Positions 48,874-57,016 of a stretch of DNA of 64,000 nt are shown one piece after another. Below the pieces are notes generated by a model, which did not search any database, was not told the origin of the DNA, and was given only the letters and a program-made list of their open reading frames with translations. The DNA lies in assembly GCA_023428065.1 (NCBI GenBank), contig JAEYZI010000079.1, positions 4,700-68,699 on the forward strand. The letters run 5' to 3'. The position numbers and the translations under genes are program-made. The number at the start of each line of letters is the position of its first letter. Position 1 is the first letter of the stretch. The stretch is from Actinomycetes bacterium. GTDB taxonomy: Bacteria; Actinomycetota; Actinomycetes; Actinomycetales; Microbacteriaceae.

Positions 48874-49941
48874 GTGGTCGAGCGCTCTCCCTCCCCCGTC
48901 ACGCTCGTCGCGCCCGTCGAACTGTGCACCTGGGCCGCGTCGGTGCTGAGGGCCGCGGAGACGCCCCCGGGCACCGCGGTCCGCGTGGCGGACTCCCTCA
49001 TCGAATCCGAGCTCCGCGGCTACGCGTCGCACGGCGTGCTCCGCCTGCCGGGATACGTCGCGGCCATCCGCGACGGCCTCATCGACCCCGCCGCCACGCC
49101 CGAGGTCGTCGACGGCGGGCGCGGTGCCGTGGTCGTGGTCGACGGCCGCGACGCCTTCGGCCAGGTGACCGCGGGGGTGCTCGCCGACGAGCTCACGACG
49201 CGCGCGGCCGAGTCGGGCGTCGCGTTCGGCGTGACCCGGCGCTGCCGCCACGTCGGGCGGCTCGGCGAGTACGTCGAGCACCTCTCCGCACGCGGCTTCA
49301 TCGGTTTCGCCACTGTGAGCGCCGAGCCCCTCGTCGCCGCGCACGCGGGCGGCCGCCGCATCCTCGGCACGAACCCGCACGCCTGGGGCTTCCCCGCAGG
49401 AAGGGATGAGCCGCCCGTCGTGATCGACTTCGCGACCTCGGTCGCCTCGGCCGGCCGCGTCTTCACGGCGGAGGCCCGTGGCGAGCGTGTCCCGGGCGGA
49501 TGGCTGGTCGACTCCGCGGGCGAGTCCACGAGCGATCCCGCTGCGCTCCGCGCCGGTGGAGCGCTCCTGCCGTTCGGCGCGCACAAGGGGCTCGCCCTCT
49601 CGCTCGTCGCCGACATGCTCGCGGGAGTGCTGAGCGGCACGGGATCGGGGAGCGACCCCGCGGCGTCCGGAGCACACGGGCTCGCGATGCTCGCGATCGA
49701 CGTGTCGGCCTTCGGGCCCGCGGAGAAGTTCCGCGACGAGGTCGAGGCGCTGCGGCGACGCGTGGCCGCATCCTCGGATCGCGACGCCGCGCTGCCGGGC
49801 GAGGGCAGCGCTTCCCGCCGGCGCGCCGCCCTGCGCGACGGGATCGGCATCCCCGCGGCGACGATGCACGAGCTCCGGGGGCTCGCCCGCGCCCTCGGCA
49901 CGGACGAGCCCCCGGGAAGCTCACCCAGGGGTGCTCAGTGA
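48874..49941 (+). CDS. Ldh_2-family (malate/L-lactate dehydrogenase 2) oxidoreductase
   Basis: GAGGAG RBS then GTG. Family motifs (ESELRGYASHGVLRLPGY, GTNPHAWGFP, DFATSVAS, FGAHKGLALSL). Confidence 0.85.
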   Translation: MVERSPSPVTLVAPVELCTWAASVLRAAETPPGTAVRVADSLIESELRGYASHGVLRLPGYVAAIRDGLIDPAATPEVVDGGRGAVVVVDGRDAFGQVTAGVLADELTTRAAESGVAFGVTRRCRHVGRLGEYVEHLSARGFIGFATVSAEPLVAAHAGGRRILGTNPHAWGFPAGRDEPPVVIDFATSVASAGRVFTAEARGERVPGGWLVDSAGESTSDPAALRAGGALLPFGAHKGLALSLVADMLAGVLSGTGSGSDPAASGAHGLAMLAIDVSAFGPAEKFRDEVEALRRRVAASSDRDAALPGEGSASRRRAALRDGIGIPAATMHELRGLARALGTDEPPGSSPRGAQ

Positions 49942-51413
49942 CGCAGCGCCCCCGCGGCGGCGCGCGCCGAACGGATCGCGAGCGCGACGCTCGTGATCGT
50001 GGGGTTGCAGGCCGTGGGCGTCGGGATCACACCGTTGCCGCCCACGTAGAGCCCCTCGACGCCCCACACCGCTCCCGTGGTGTCGCACACGCTCGTCTCG
50101 GGGTCGACCCCGAGACGCACGGTGCCCATGAAGTGGTACGACGCGCCGGCGGGAAGAACGCGCGGCTCGACGAGCGGGGTGCCGAGCACGCCGGCGATGC
50201 GCCGCGACATCTCGAGCAGCCGGTGCTCGGTCTGCAGATCGCGCGCCGTCGAGTGGTAGCTGATGCGCATGGCCGGCATGCCGTAGGCGTCGGTCTCGTC
50301 GTCGCTGAACTCGACGCGGTCCTCGGGCGTGATCTCCTTCGTGCCGAAGAGCACGACGCCCACGGTCGACCCGGCCCACGGCTCACCCGTCGGGATGAAG
50401 CCGATCGGCGAGGCGTCGAGCTGCATGACCTGGCAGTGGAAGGGGAAGCCGTCCTCTTCCGAGTAGGGGATCCACGTGACGCCGCCGCGGCCCGCGATGT
50501 CGCGGAACTCGTCGCTCAGCTGCACGAAGGTGCGCACGTCCGCGTGGTCGTTGAGGTAGCGGCCGAGCGCCCACGGCCGGATGCCGGACGCGTGGAGCAG
50601 CTGCGGGGTGCGGAAGCTGTCGCCCGCGACGTACACGAGGCCCGCCGAGATCGTCTCGGTCGCCCCCGTGCGCACGTCGCGCACCTCGACTCCCGAGACC
50701 CGGCCGTCGGTCAGCACGACCGAGGTGACGAGCGTCTCGGCGCGCAGCTCGACGGAGCCGTTCGCGAGCACGGGCGCCAGGATGCCGTCGGTGCCGGCCC
50801 ACTCGACCGTGCCGTCCTCCCGCGGGCGCGCCGCGAGGGGCATGGGCTGCACGGGACGATCGGTCGACCCGCGCGGGAACTCCCGAGCCAGGGCGTCGAT
50901 GATCGCCGCCGAGAGCGGGGCGTCGGCGAAGGTGCTCTGTGTGACGCCCAGGAGCGCGTCCGCCGCGTCGAGCACCTCGGTCATCTCGGCCTCGGGGATC
51001 TCGGCGATGATCTCCGTCCCGCCGGGCCGCGGGCACGCGCCCGTCCAGTGGGCGCCCATGCCGCCGACGTTCGTCGACATCGACGCGGCGGGGAGGCCCG
51101 TCGAGTCACTCGTCGTCATCCCGTCGCTCACGAGGAAGGTGCCGGGGCGCACCGCCTGAGGCGGGTGACCGGCGGCTTCCTCGCCCTCCGCGATGAAGTC
51201 GGTTCGCCGGGGGCCCTCGGACGCGGCCTGGGCGCGGGCGCGCTCGTCGGCGTCGACGATGCTGCGCACGTGCACCCCGGGAGGGTCCGCGATCACGGGG
51301 CCGGCCTCTACGATGAGGATGGTGGCGCGGGGGTCAGCCTCGGCGAGCGTTCTCGCGAACGCGCTGCCGACGGGCCCGCTGCCGACGACGACGACGTCGT
51401 AGACTTTGCTCAC
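49935..51413 (-). CDS. GMC-family FAD oxidoreductase, pyranose-oxidase/glycoside-3-oxidase-like
   Basis: GTG start. YDVVVVGSGPVGSAFARTLAE (P2Ox-like GxGxxG) and C-terminal GGNGVIPTPTACNPTITSVALA. 7-nt convergent overlap with the Ldh_2 stop. Confidence 0.8.
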   Translation of the reverse strand: MSKVYDVVVVGSGPVGSAFARTLAEADPRATILIVEAGPVIADPPGVHVRSIVDADERARAQAASEGPRRTDFIAEGEEAAGHPPQAVRPGTFLVSDGMTTSDSTGLPAASMSTNVGGMGAHWTGACPRPGGTEIIAEIPEAEMTEVLDAADALLGVTQSTFADAPLSAAIIDALAREFPRGSTDRPVQPMPLAARPREDGTVEWAGTDGILAPVLANGSVELRAETLVTSVVLTDGRVSGVEVRDVRTGATETISAGLVYVAGDSFRTPQLLHASGIRPWALGRYLNDHADVRTFVQLSDEFRDIAGRGGVTWIPYSEEDGFPFHCQVMQLDASPIGFIPTGEPWAGSTVGVVLFGTKEITPEDRVEFSDDETDAYGMPAMRISYHSTARDLQTEHRLLEMSRRIAGVLGTPLVEPRVLPAGASYHFMGTVRLGVDPETSVCDTTGAVWGVEGLYVGGNGVIPTPTACNPTITSVALAIRSARAAAGALRH

Positions 51414-51451
51414 CTTCGTTCCAATCTATTGAATGGGTGGGTAGGTCGGGT

Positions 51452-51459
51452 GTCTAGAC
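51452..51459. promoter_or_regulatory. Island box E: gggtGTCTAGACgactatataa
   Basis: In the divergent region between the GMC oxidoreductase (start 51413) and the HutC-type regulator (start 51518). A TATATAA tract is adjacent. Confidence 0.55.
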
Positions 51460-51517
51460 GACTATATAACCCTCGGCTGCCCTCCCCGGTAGCCACCACA
51501 CTCGACGAGGAGATCCC

Positions 51518-52231
51518 ATGGTGAACGCACGCCTGTACGAGGTGATCAGCCGCGACCTCACGGAGCAGATCACGTCCGGGCGCCTCAAGCCCGGCGAGCG
51601 ACTCGAGAGCGAGACCAATCTCGCCTCTCGCTACGGGGTCAGCCGCATGACCGTGCGACAGGCGCTCGGGCTACTCGAGTCCGACGAGCTCGTCGCGCGC
51701 CGCCACGGCGCGGGCACCTTCGTGTCGGAGAACCGCAGCGTCAAGCGCCGGGCGAACCGGCTCGCCCCGTTCAACGAGGAGTTGGGGCTCGACGCCGAGG
51801 ACATCAGCACGACGGTCCTCGAGCGCGAGGTGGGTCACCCGCCGGAGGACGTCAGCCAGGCGCTCTTCTCCACCGTCGGCCCGACGGCCGTGCACATCGT
51901 GCGCGTGCGGTCGTACCGCGGCGAGCCGATCGCCATCCAGGATTCGTGGATCCCCTACCTCCTCGCACCCCAGCTCGCCCACGGGCGACTCGTGCAGGGC
52001 TCCGTGTACAAGACCCTCGCCGCGCGCTCGGGCATCGAGATCGCGCGCGCCGAGCAGCAGGTGACGGCGACGCTCGCCGACGAGCACTCGGCGAAGCTCC
52101 TCCAGGTCGACGTGGGGAGCCCGCTCATCAGCACCCGCCGCGTCTCGCGCCTCGCATCGGGCGAGGTCGTCGAGGTCGCGTCGTGCCTCATGCGGCCGGA
52201 GTATCCGACGGTCTTCCGCCTCGAGCGCTAG
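51518..52231 (+). CDS. GntR-family transcriptional regulator, HutC subfamily (UTRA effector domain)
   Basis: GAGGAG RBS. HTH (ESETNLASRYGVSRMTVRQALGLLESDELV) plus a UTRA-like C-terminal domain. 237 aa. Confidence 0.9.
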   Translation: MVNARLYEVISRDLTEQITSGRLKPGERLESETNLASRYGVSRMTVRQALGLLESDELVARRHGAGTFVSENRSVKRRANRLAPFNEELGLDAEDISTTVLEREVGHPPEDVSQALFSTVGPTAVHIVRVRSYRGEPIAIQDSWIPYLLAPQLAHGRLVQGSVYKTLAARSGIEIARAEQQVTATLADEHSAKLLQVDVGSPLISTRRVSRLASGEVVEVASCLMRPEYPTVFRLER

Positions 52232-52290
52232 GCGCTCCCGCGGCGAGCGCCGCGGTTTGACATGAGGCACCGCCTCGGGCGAGTATTCAT

Positions 52291-52310
52291 ATAGATGTCT
52301 GTACATCTAT
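52291..52310. promoter_or_regulatory. Island box F: ATAGATGT-ctgt-ACATCTAT (perfect 8+8 inverted repeat, core GTCTGTAC)
   Basis: Between a hairpin (CCGCGGCG-ag-CGCCGCGG) after the regulator gene and the CaiB-family gene start (52368). Confidence 0.6.
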
Positions 52311-52367
52311 GACCAGCGTCGCTCGCTCTCTGCGTGTCGACGCACCCGACGGAGGGAGCCCCACGAC

Positions 52368-53567
52368 ATGTCCGGAGACGCGGTCACCCAGCCCCTGAGC
52401 GGCGTCAAGGTGCTCGACCTCAGCCGCTTCATCGCGGGGCCGCTGTGCTGTCAGATGCTCGCCGACATGGGAGCCGAGGTGCTCAAGATCGAGCGCTCCT
52501 CCGGCGAGGACTCGCGCAAGCTCGCCCCGTTCTTCCAGGGCCACAGCATCTACACGATGCTCTACAGCCGGAACAAGTACGCCGGCACCCTCGACACCCG
52601 CCACCCGGAGGCGCTCGGGATCCTCGAGGACCTCATCCGGCGCTCCGACATCGTCGTCGAGAACTACCGTCCGGGCACCCTCGACGCGATGGGCATCCCC
52701 TTCTCGCGCATGCAGGAGCTCAACCCCGGCATCATCCTCGTCTCCATCTCCGGCTTCGGCCAGACCGGCCCGCTCGCGCAGCGCGCGCTGTTCGACGGCA
52801 TCGCCCAGGCCGCATCCGGTCTCATGAGCATGACGGGCGAGCCGGGCGGACGCCCCACGCTCACGGGCGCGTTCGTCGCGGACTACATCGCGGGGTACCA
52901 CGGCGCCATCGGCGCCCTGCTCGCCCTCATCCACAAGCGTGCGACGGGCGAGGGCCAGCACGTCGACGTCGCCTCCGTCGACGCGCTCTTCAGCGCGCTC
53001 GGCACCGCGACGAGCGCGTGGCCCATGCTCGGACAGAAGATGGAGCGCAACGGCTCCCGCGACCGCATGAGCGCCCCCGCCAACCTCTTCGAGGCGAGCG
53101 ACAGCTACATCTACCTGCACGCCGGCACCGACCCGCTGTTCCGGCGGCTCGCCCACGCGATGGGACGCCCCGAGCTGCTCGAGGACGAGCGCTTCTCCGC
53201 GGTCGCGCAGCGCATGGCGCACGTCGACGAGGTCGAGGCGATCGTGAGCGAGTGGCTCGGCGAGCTGACGGCCGAGGAGGCGGGTCGCCTCCTCGACGAG
53301 GCCGGCATCCCCTACAGCAAGGTCATGGGCGTCGACGAGGTCGCGTCCTCCGAGCAGATCCGCGCGCGCGAGATGCTCGTCGACATCGAGCACCCCGAGC
53401 TGGGCGTCGTGACGCTCCCGGGCGTGCCGATCAAGCTGAGCGCGGCCCCGGGATCCATCCGCAAGGCACCCCCGCTCGTGGGCGAGGACAGCGACTACAT
53501 CTACGGCGAGCTCCTCGGCTACGACGCGGACACCATCCAGGGTCTCCGCGACCGCGGCGTCATCTAG
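52368..53567 (+). CDS. CaiB/BaiF-family (class III) CoA-transferase
   Basis: GGAGGGA RBS. GVKVLDLSRFIAGPLCCQMLADMGAEVLKIE and ENYRPGTLD motifs. Confidence 0.9.
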   Translation: MSGDAVTQPLSGVKVLDLSRFIAGPLCCQMLADMGAEVLKIERSSGEDSRKLAPFFQGHSIYTMLYSRNKYAGTLDTRHPEALGILEDLIRRSDIVVENYRPGTLDAMGIPFSRMQELNPGIILVSISGFGQTGPLAQRALFDGIAQAASGLMSMTGEPGGRPTLTGAFVADYIAGYHGAIGALLALIHKRATGEGQHVDVASVDALFSALGTATSAWPMLGQKMERNGSRDRMSAPANLFEASDSYIYLHAGTDPLFRRLAHAMGRPELLEDERFSAVAQRMAHVDEVEAIVSEWLGELTAEEAGRLLDEAGIPYSKVMGVDEVASSEQIRAREMLVDIEHPELGVVTLPGVPIKLSAAPGSIRKAPPLVGEDSDYIYGELLGYDADTIQGLRDRGVI

Positions 53568-53588
53568 CCCTCGACTCGGAACTCCCCC

Positions 53589-55034
53589 ATGAACGACGCC
53601 TTCCTCGGCCTCGACGTCGGCACGTCCGGACTCAAGATCCTCGTGATCGACACCGACGGCGGCGTGCTCGCGCGCACCTCGGCGGGCTACCCGACCTCCT
53701 ACCCCGCGCCCGGGCGCGCCGAGCAGGATCCCGAGTCGTGGATCGACGCGCTCGCGGATGCCCTGAGCCGCGTCGATGCGGACGTGCGCGCCCGCATCCG
53801 GGGCGTCGCCGCCGTCGGCCACGTGCCGAGCCTCGTGCTCGTCGACGCCGACGGAAGAGCCGTGCGACCGTCGATCATCTGGCAGGACAATCGCGCCGAG
53901 CGCGAGGCGCAGGCGCTCGGCGCCCGCTTCGGCGACGTCGACGCCGAACTGGGAACGGCCCTGCCCTGGGCGGCGTCGCAACTGCTGCCGAAGCTCTCCT
54001 GGGTGGCCGCCCACGAGCCCGAGGCGGTGACCCGCACGAGCGCGGCACTGCAGCCCAAGGACTACGTCAACCGCTTCCTCACCTCGATCACGGCGACCGA
54101 CCCGTGGTCGTCGAAGGGCATCTGCGACGTGACGGAGGGCGCGCCCGCCGCGCGTCTGCTCGCGGGCGCCGGCTGGTCCTCCGACGTATGTCCTCCGACG
54201 CATGCGCCGTGGGCGGAGCTCGGGCGTGTGACGCCCGCGGCCGCCGAACGTCTCGGCATCCCCGCCGGCATCGTCGTCGCGACCGGATGGTCGGACGCCC
54301 TGGGTGCCGTGCTCGCCGTCGGCGCGTTCGACGAGCCGCGCTCGTTCGTGCTCACCGGAACCTCCAACATCGTCGGAGCGACCCGCACGGACGTCGCGAC
54401 GGCACAGGGCCTGTACGCCGTCCCGGCGGGACCCTCGGCCCCGCTCCCCATGCTCTACGGACCGACCCAGTCGGGCGGCGAGGCGCTCACCTGGGCCGCC
54501 CGCATCCTCGACGTCGAGGTCGGCGAGGTCATCCGCCTCGCGACGGAAGCGGCCACGACCGACCGCCCGACCTTCGTGCCGTACCTGCGCGGCGAGCGCG
54601 CACCGCTTTGGAACCCCGCGGCCCGCGGCCTGCTCGTCGGCCTGTCGGCCGACCAGGGGCGCGCCGAGTTCGCCCGCGCCGTCGTCGACGGCGTCGCCTC
54701 GAGCGCCCGTCACGTGCTCGAGCTCGCCACGGGCGGCGACGGCGCCGACCAGCCGGTCGAGGTCGGAGGGGTCGGCGTCGACGACCCGCGCTGGGCCGCG
54801 ATGTGGGCATCCGCCCTCCGCCGCCCGCTGCGCATCCACTCCGAGCCGAACCTCTCCGCGCTCGGAGCCGCCCTCCTCGCGGCCGGGGCGTGCGGGCTCA
54901 AGGGCGCCGAGCTCGCGCGGCTGCGCCCGCAGCCCACCGAATACCACCCGGATGCCGCCGACGCGGACGACACCGGATTCCGCGATTATCTCGACGCGAG
55001 TCACCTCGCCGACGAATGGAGCCGACGTGACTGA
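53589..55034 (+). CDS. FGGY-family carbohydrate kinase (kinase 2 of the island)
   Basis: FLGLDVGTSGLK N-terminus, IIWQDNRA, FVPYLRGERAP: xylulokinase-like pattern. Confidence 0.85.
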   Translation: MNDAFLGLDVGTSGLKILVIDTDGGVLARTSAGYPTSYPAPGRAEQDPESWIDALADALSRVDADVRARIRGVAAVGHVPSLVLVDADGRAVRPSIIWQDNRAEREAQALGARFGDVDAELGTALPWAASQLLPKLSWVAAHEPEAVTRTSAALQPKDYVNRFLTSITATDPWSSKGICDVTEGAPAARLLAGAGWSSDVCPPTHAPWAELGRVTPAAAERLGIPAGIVVATGWSDALGAVLAVGAFDEPRSFVLTGTSNIVGATRTDVATAQGLYAVPAGPSAPLPMLYGPTQSGGEALTWAARILDVEVGEVIRLATEAATTDRPTFVPYLRGERAPLWNPAARGLLVGLSADQGRAEFARAVVDGVASSARHVLELATGGDGADQPVEVGGVGVDDPRWAAMWASALRRPLRIHSEPNLSALGAALLAAGACGLKGAELARLRPQPTEYHPDAADADDTGFRDYLDASHLADEWSRRD

Positions 55035-55647
55035 ACTCGCCACCGACCCCGTCATCGTCGTCGTCCGCCTGGACGACCCCGACGCCGCCACGACCGCCAT
55101 CACGGGCCTCCTGCGGGGAGGCGCGCGCAGCATCGAGGTCACGATGACCGTGCCCTCGGCGCTCGGCATCATCGAGAGCCTGCGCGGCCAGGACGCCATG
55201 ATCGGCGCCGGCACCGTGCTCACCCGCCAGGACGCCCTCGCCGCCGTCGCGGCGGGCGCGCGCTACCTCGTCGCGCCCGACACCAATCCCGAGGTGCTCG
55301 CCGTCGGCGCCGAGGCCGGCGTGCCCGTCGTCCCGGGCGCCCTGACGCCCACCGAGATCCGCCAGGCCGCTGGGCTGGGCGCCGCCGCCGTCAAGGTGTT
55401 CCCGGTCGACGCGCTCGGCGGCCCCGAGTACATCCGCTCCCTCCGCGGCCCGCTCCCCGACGTGCCGTTCGTCGTCTCCGGCGGCGTCACGACCCCGCAG
55501 GCCGCCCAGTACTTCGCCGCGGGCGTGCGGTCGGTGTGCATGGGACGCGAGTTCCTCGACGCCGCCGAGATCGCCGCCCGCGACATCGACGCCATCGCCG
55601 CACGCGCCGCGCGTGTGCTCTCCGCGGTCGCCCCGGCCGCGGCCTGA
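55027..55647 (+). CDS. eda: KDPG/KHG aldolase family protein
   Basis: GTG overlapping the kinase 3' end. PVIVVVRLDD, IEVTMTVP, GAGTVL, VKVFP (Schiff-base Lys context). Confidence 0.85.
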   Translation: MTELATDPVIVVVRLDDPDAATTAITGLLRGGARSIEVTMTVPSALGIIESLRGQDAMIGAGTVLTRQDALAAVAAGARYLVAPDTNPEVLAVGAEAGVPVVPGALTPTEIRQAAGLGAAAVKVFPVDALGGPEYIRSLRGPLPDVPFVVSGGVTTPQAAQYFAAGVRSVCMGREFLDAAEIAARDIDAIAARAARVLSAVAPAAA

Positions 55648-55693
55648 CGACCCGACCCCCGCCCACAGCCTCACGAAACACGAAGGAAGCACC

Positions 55694-57016
55694 ATGGCCA
55701 GAATCGGCAGCCATCGGATCACCGACATCCGGTTCCCCACGTCGCTCGACGCCTCCGGTTCGGACGCGGTCAACGTCGACCCCGACCACTCCGCCGCCTA
55801 CCTCGAGCTGACGCCCGACGACCCGAGCTGGCCCTCCGGCTACGCCTACGTCTTCACCCAGGGCCGCGGCAACGACCTCGCCTGCCACACCCTCGAGGTC
55901 ATGGTCGGGCTGCTGCCCGACTGGCCGCTCGAGGAGATGCTCGACCGCCTCGGCGAGGTGTCGCGCCTGCTCGTCGACGACTCGCAGCTGCGCTGGCTCG
56001 GGCCCGAGAAGGGGCTCACCCACCAGGCCGCGGGCGCCGTCGTCAACGCGCTCTGGGACATCAAGGCGCGCCGCGCGGGCGTGCCCCTGTGGCGCCTGCT
56101 CGTCGACATGACGCCCGAGGAGATCGTCTCGGTCGTCGACTTCTCGCACCTGCGCGACGCCATCACGGAGGCCGAGGCGCTCGATATCCTCCGCGCCGGC
56201 CAGGAGGGCAAGGAGGAGCGCATCGCGCACCTGCGCAGCGACGGCTTCCCGGCGTACACGACCGGCCCGGGGTGGCTCGGCTTCAGCGACGAGCGGATGC
56301 TGGGCCTCGTCCGGCAGGCGGTCGACGACGGCTTCACGCTCATCAAGATGAAGGTCGCCGGCAACCTCGAGGACGACAAGCGCCGCCTCGGGCTCGCGCG
56401 CGAGGCCGTCGGCCCCGACATCCGGCTCGCGATCGACGCGAACCAGCGCTGGGACGTCGACGAGGCGATCGACTGGATCCGCGAGCTCGTCGACTACCAG
56501 CTGTGGTGGGTCGAGGAGCCGACCGCGCCCGACGACATCCTCGGCCACGCGAAGATCCGCAAGGCGATCGCACCGACCAAGGTCGCGACGGGCGAGGCGA
56601 TGGCCAACCGCATCATGGTCAAGCAGTTCCTGCAGGCCGAGGCGCTCGACATCCTGCAGATCGAGTCGAGCCACTTCGCGGGCGTCAACGAGAACCTCGC
56701 GAACCTGCTGCTCGCGACGAAGTTCGGCGTGCCCGTGATCCCGCACGCGGGCGGCGTGGGACTCTGCGAGCTCGGGCAGCACTACGTCTACTTCGACTAC
56801 GCCGTGCTCGCCCGCACGCTCGACGACCGCGGGCTCGAGTACATCGACCACCTGCACGAGCACTTCGTCGCTCCGGTCGACGTGACCCGCGGACGCTACC
56901 GTCTGCCCGACACGCCGGGCACGGGAGCCGAGATCCGACCCGAGTCGGTGGCGCGGTGGACGTTCCCCGACGGGCCCGGCTGGACCGAGCTCCGCGAGAA
57001 GGGACTCGTGCCGTGA
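55694..57016 (+). CDS. Enolase-superfamily acid-sugar dehydratase, L-fuconate-dehydratase-like
   Basis: ITDIRFPTSLDASGSDAVNVDPDHSAAY N-terminus typical of the FucD group. KMKV, AIDANQRWD, WWVEEP metal-ligand motifs. Confidence 0.85.
   Translation: MARIGSHRITDIRFPTSLDASGSDAVNVDPDHSAAYLELTPDDPSWPSGYAYVFTQGRGNDLACHTLEVMVGLLPDWPLEEMLDRLGEVSRLLVDDSQLRWLGPEKGLTHQAAGAVVNALWDIKARRAGVPLWRLLVDMTPEEIVSVVDFSHLRDAITEAEALDILRAGQEGKEERIAHLRSDGFPAYTTGPGWLGFSDERMLGLVRQAVDDGFTLIKMKVAGNLEDDKRRLGLAREAVGPDIRLAIDANQRWDVDEAIDWIRELVDYQLWWVEEPTAPDDILGHAKIRKAIAPTKVATGEAMANRIMVKQFLQAEALDILQIESSHFAGVNENLANLLLATKFGVPVIPHAGGVGLCELGQHYVYFDYAVLARTLDDRGLEYIDHLHEHFVAPVDVTRGRYRLPDTPGTGAEIRPESVARWTFPDGPGWTELREKGLVP

Noticed and set aside
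52256-52288. TTGACA ... TATTCA as a sigma-70-type promoter for the CaiB operon.
   Set aside because: The spacer is 21 nt, outside the functional range, so it is not reported as a promoter.
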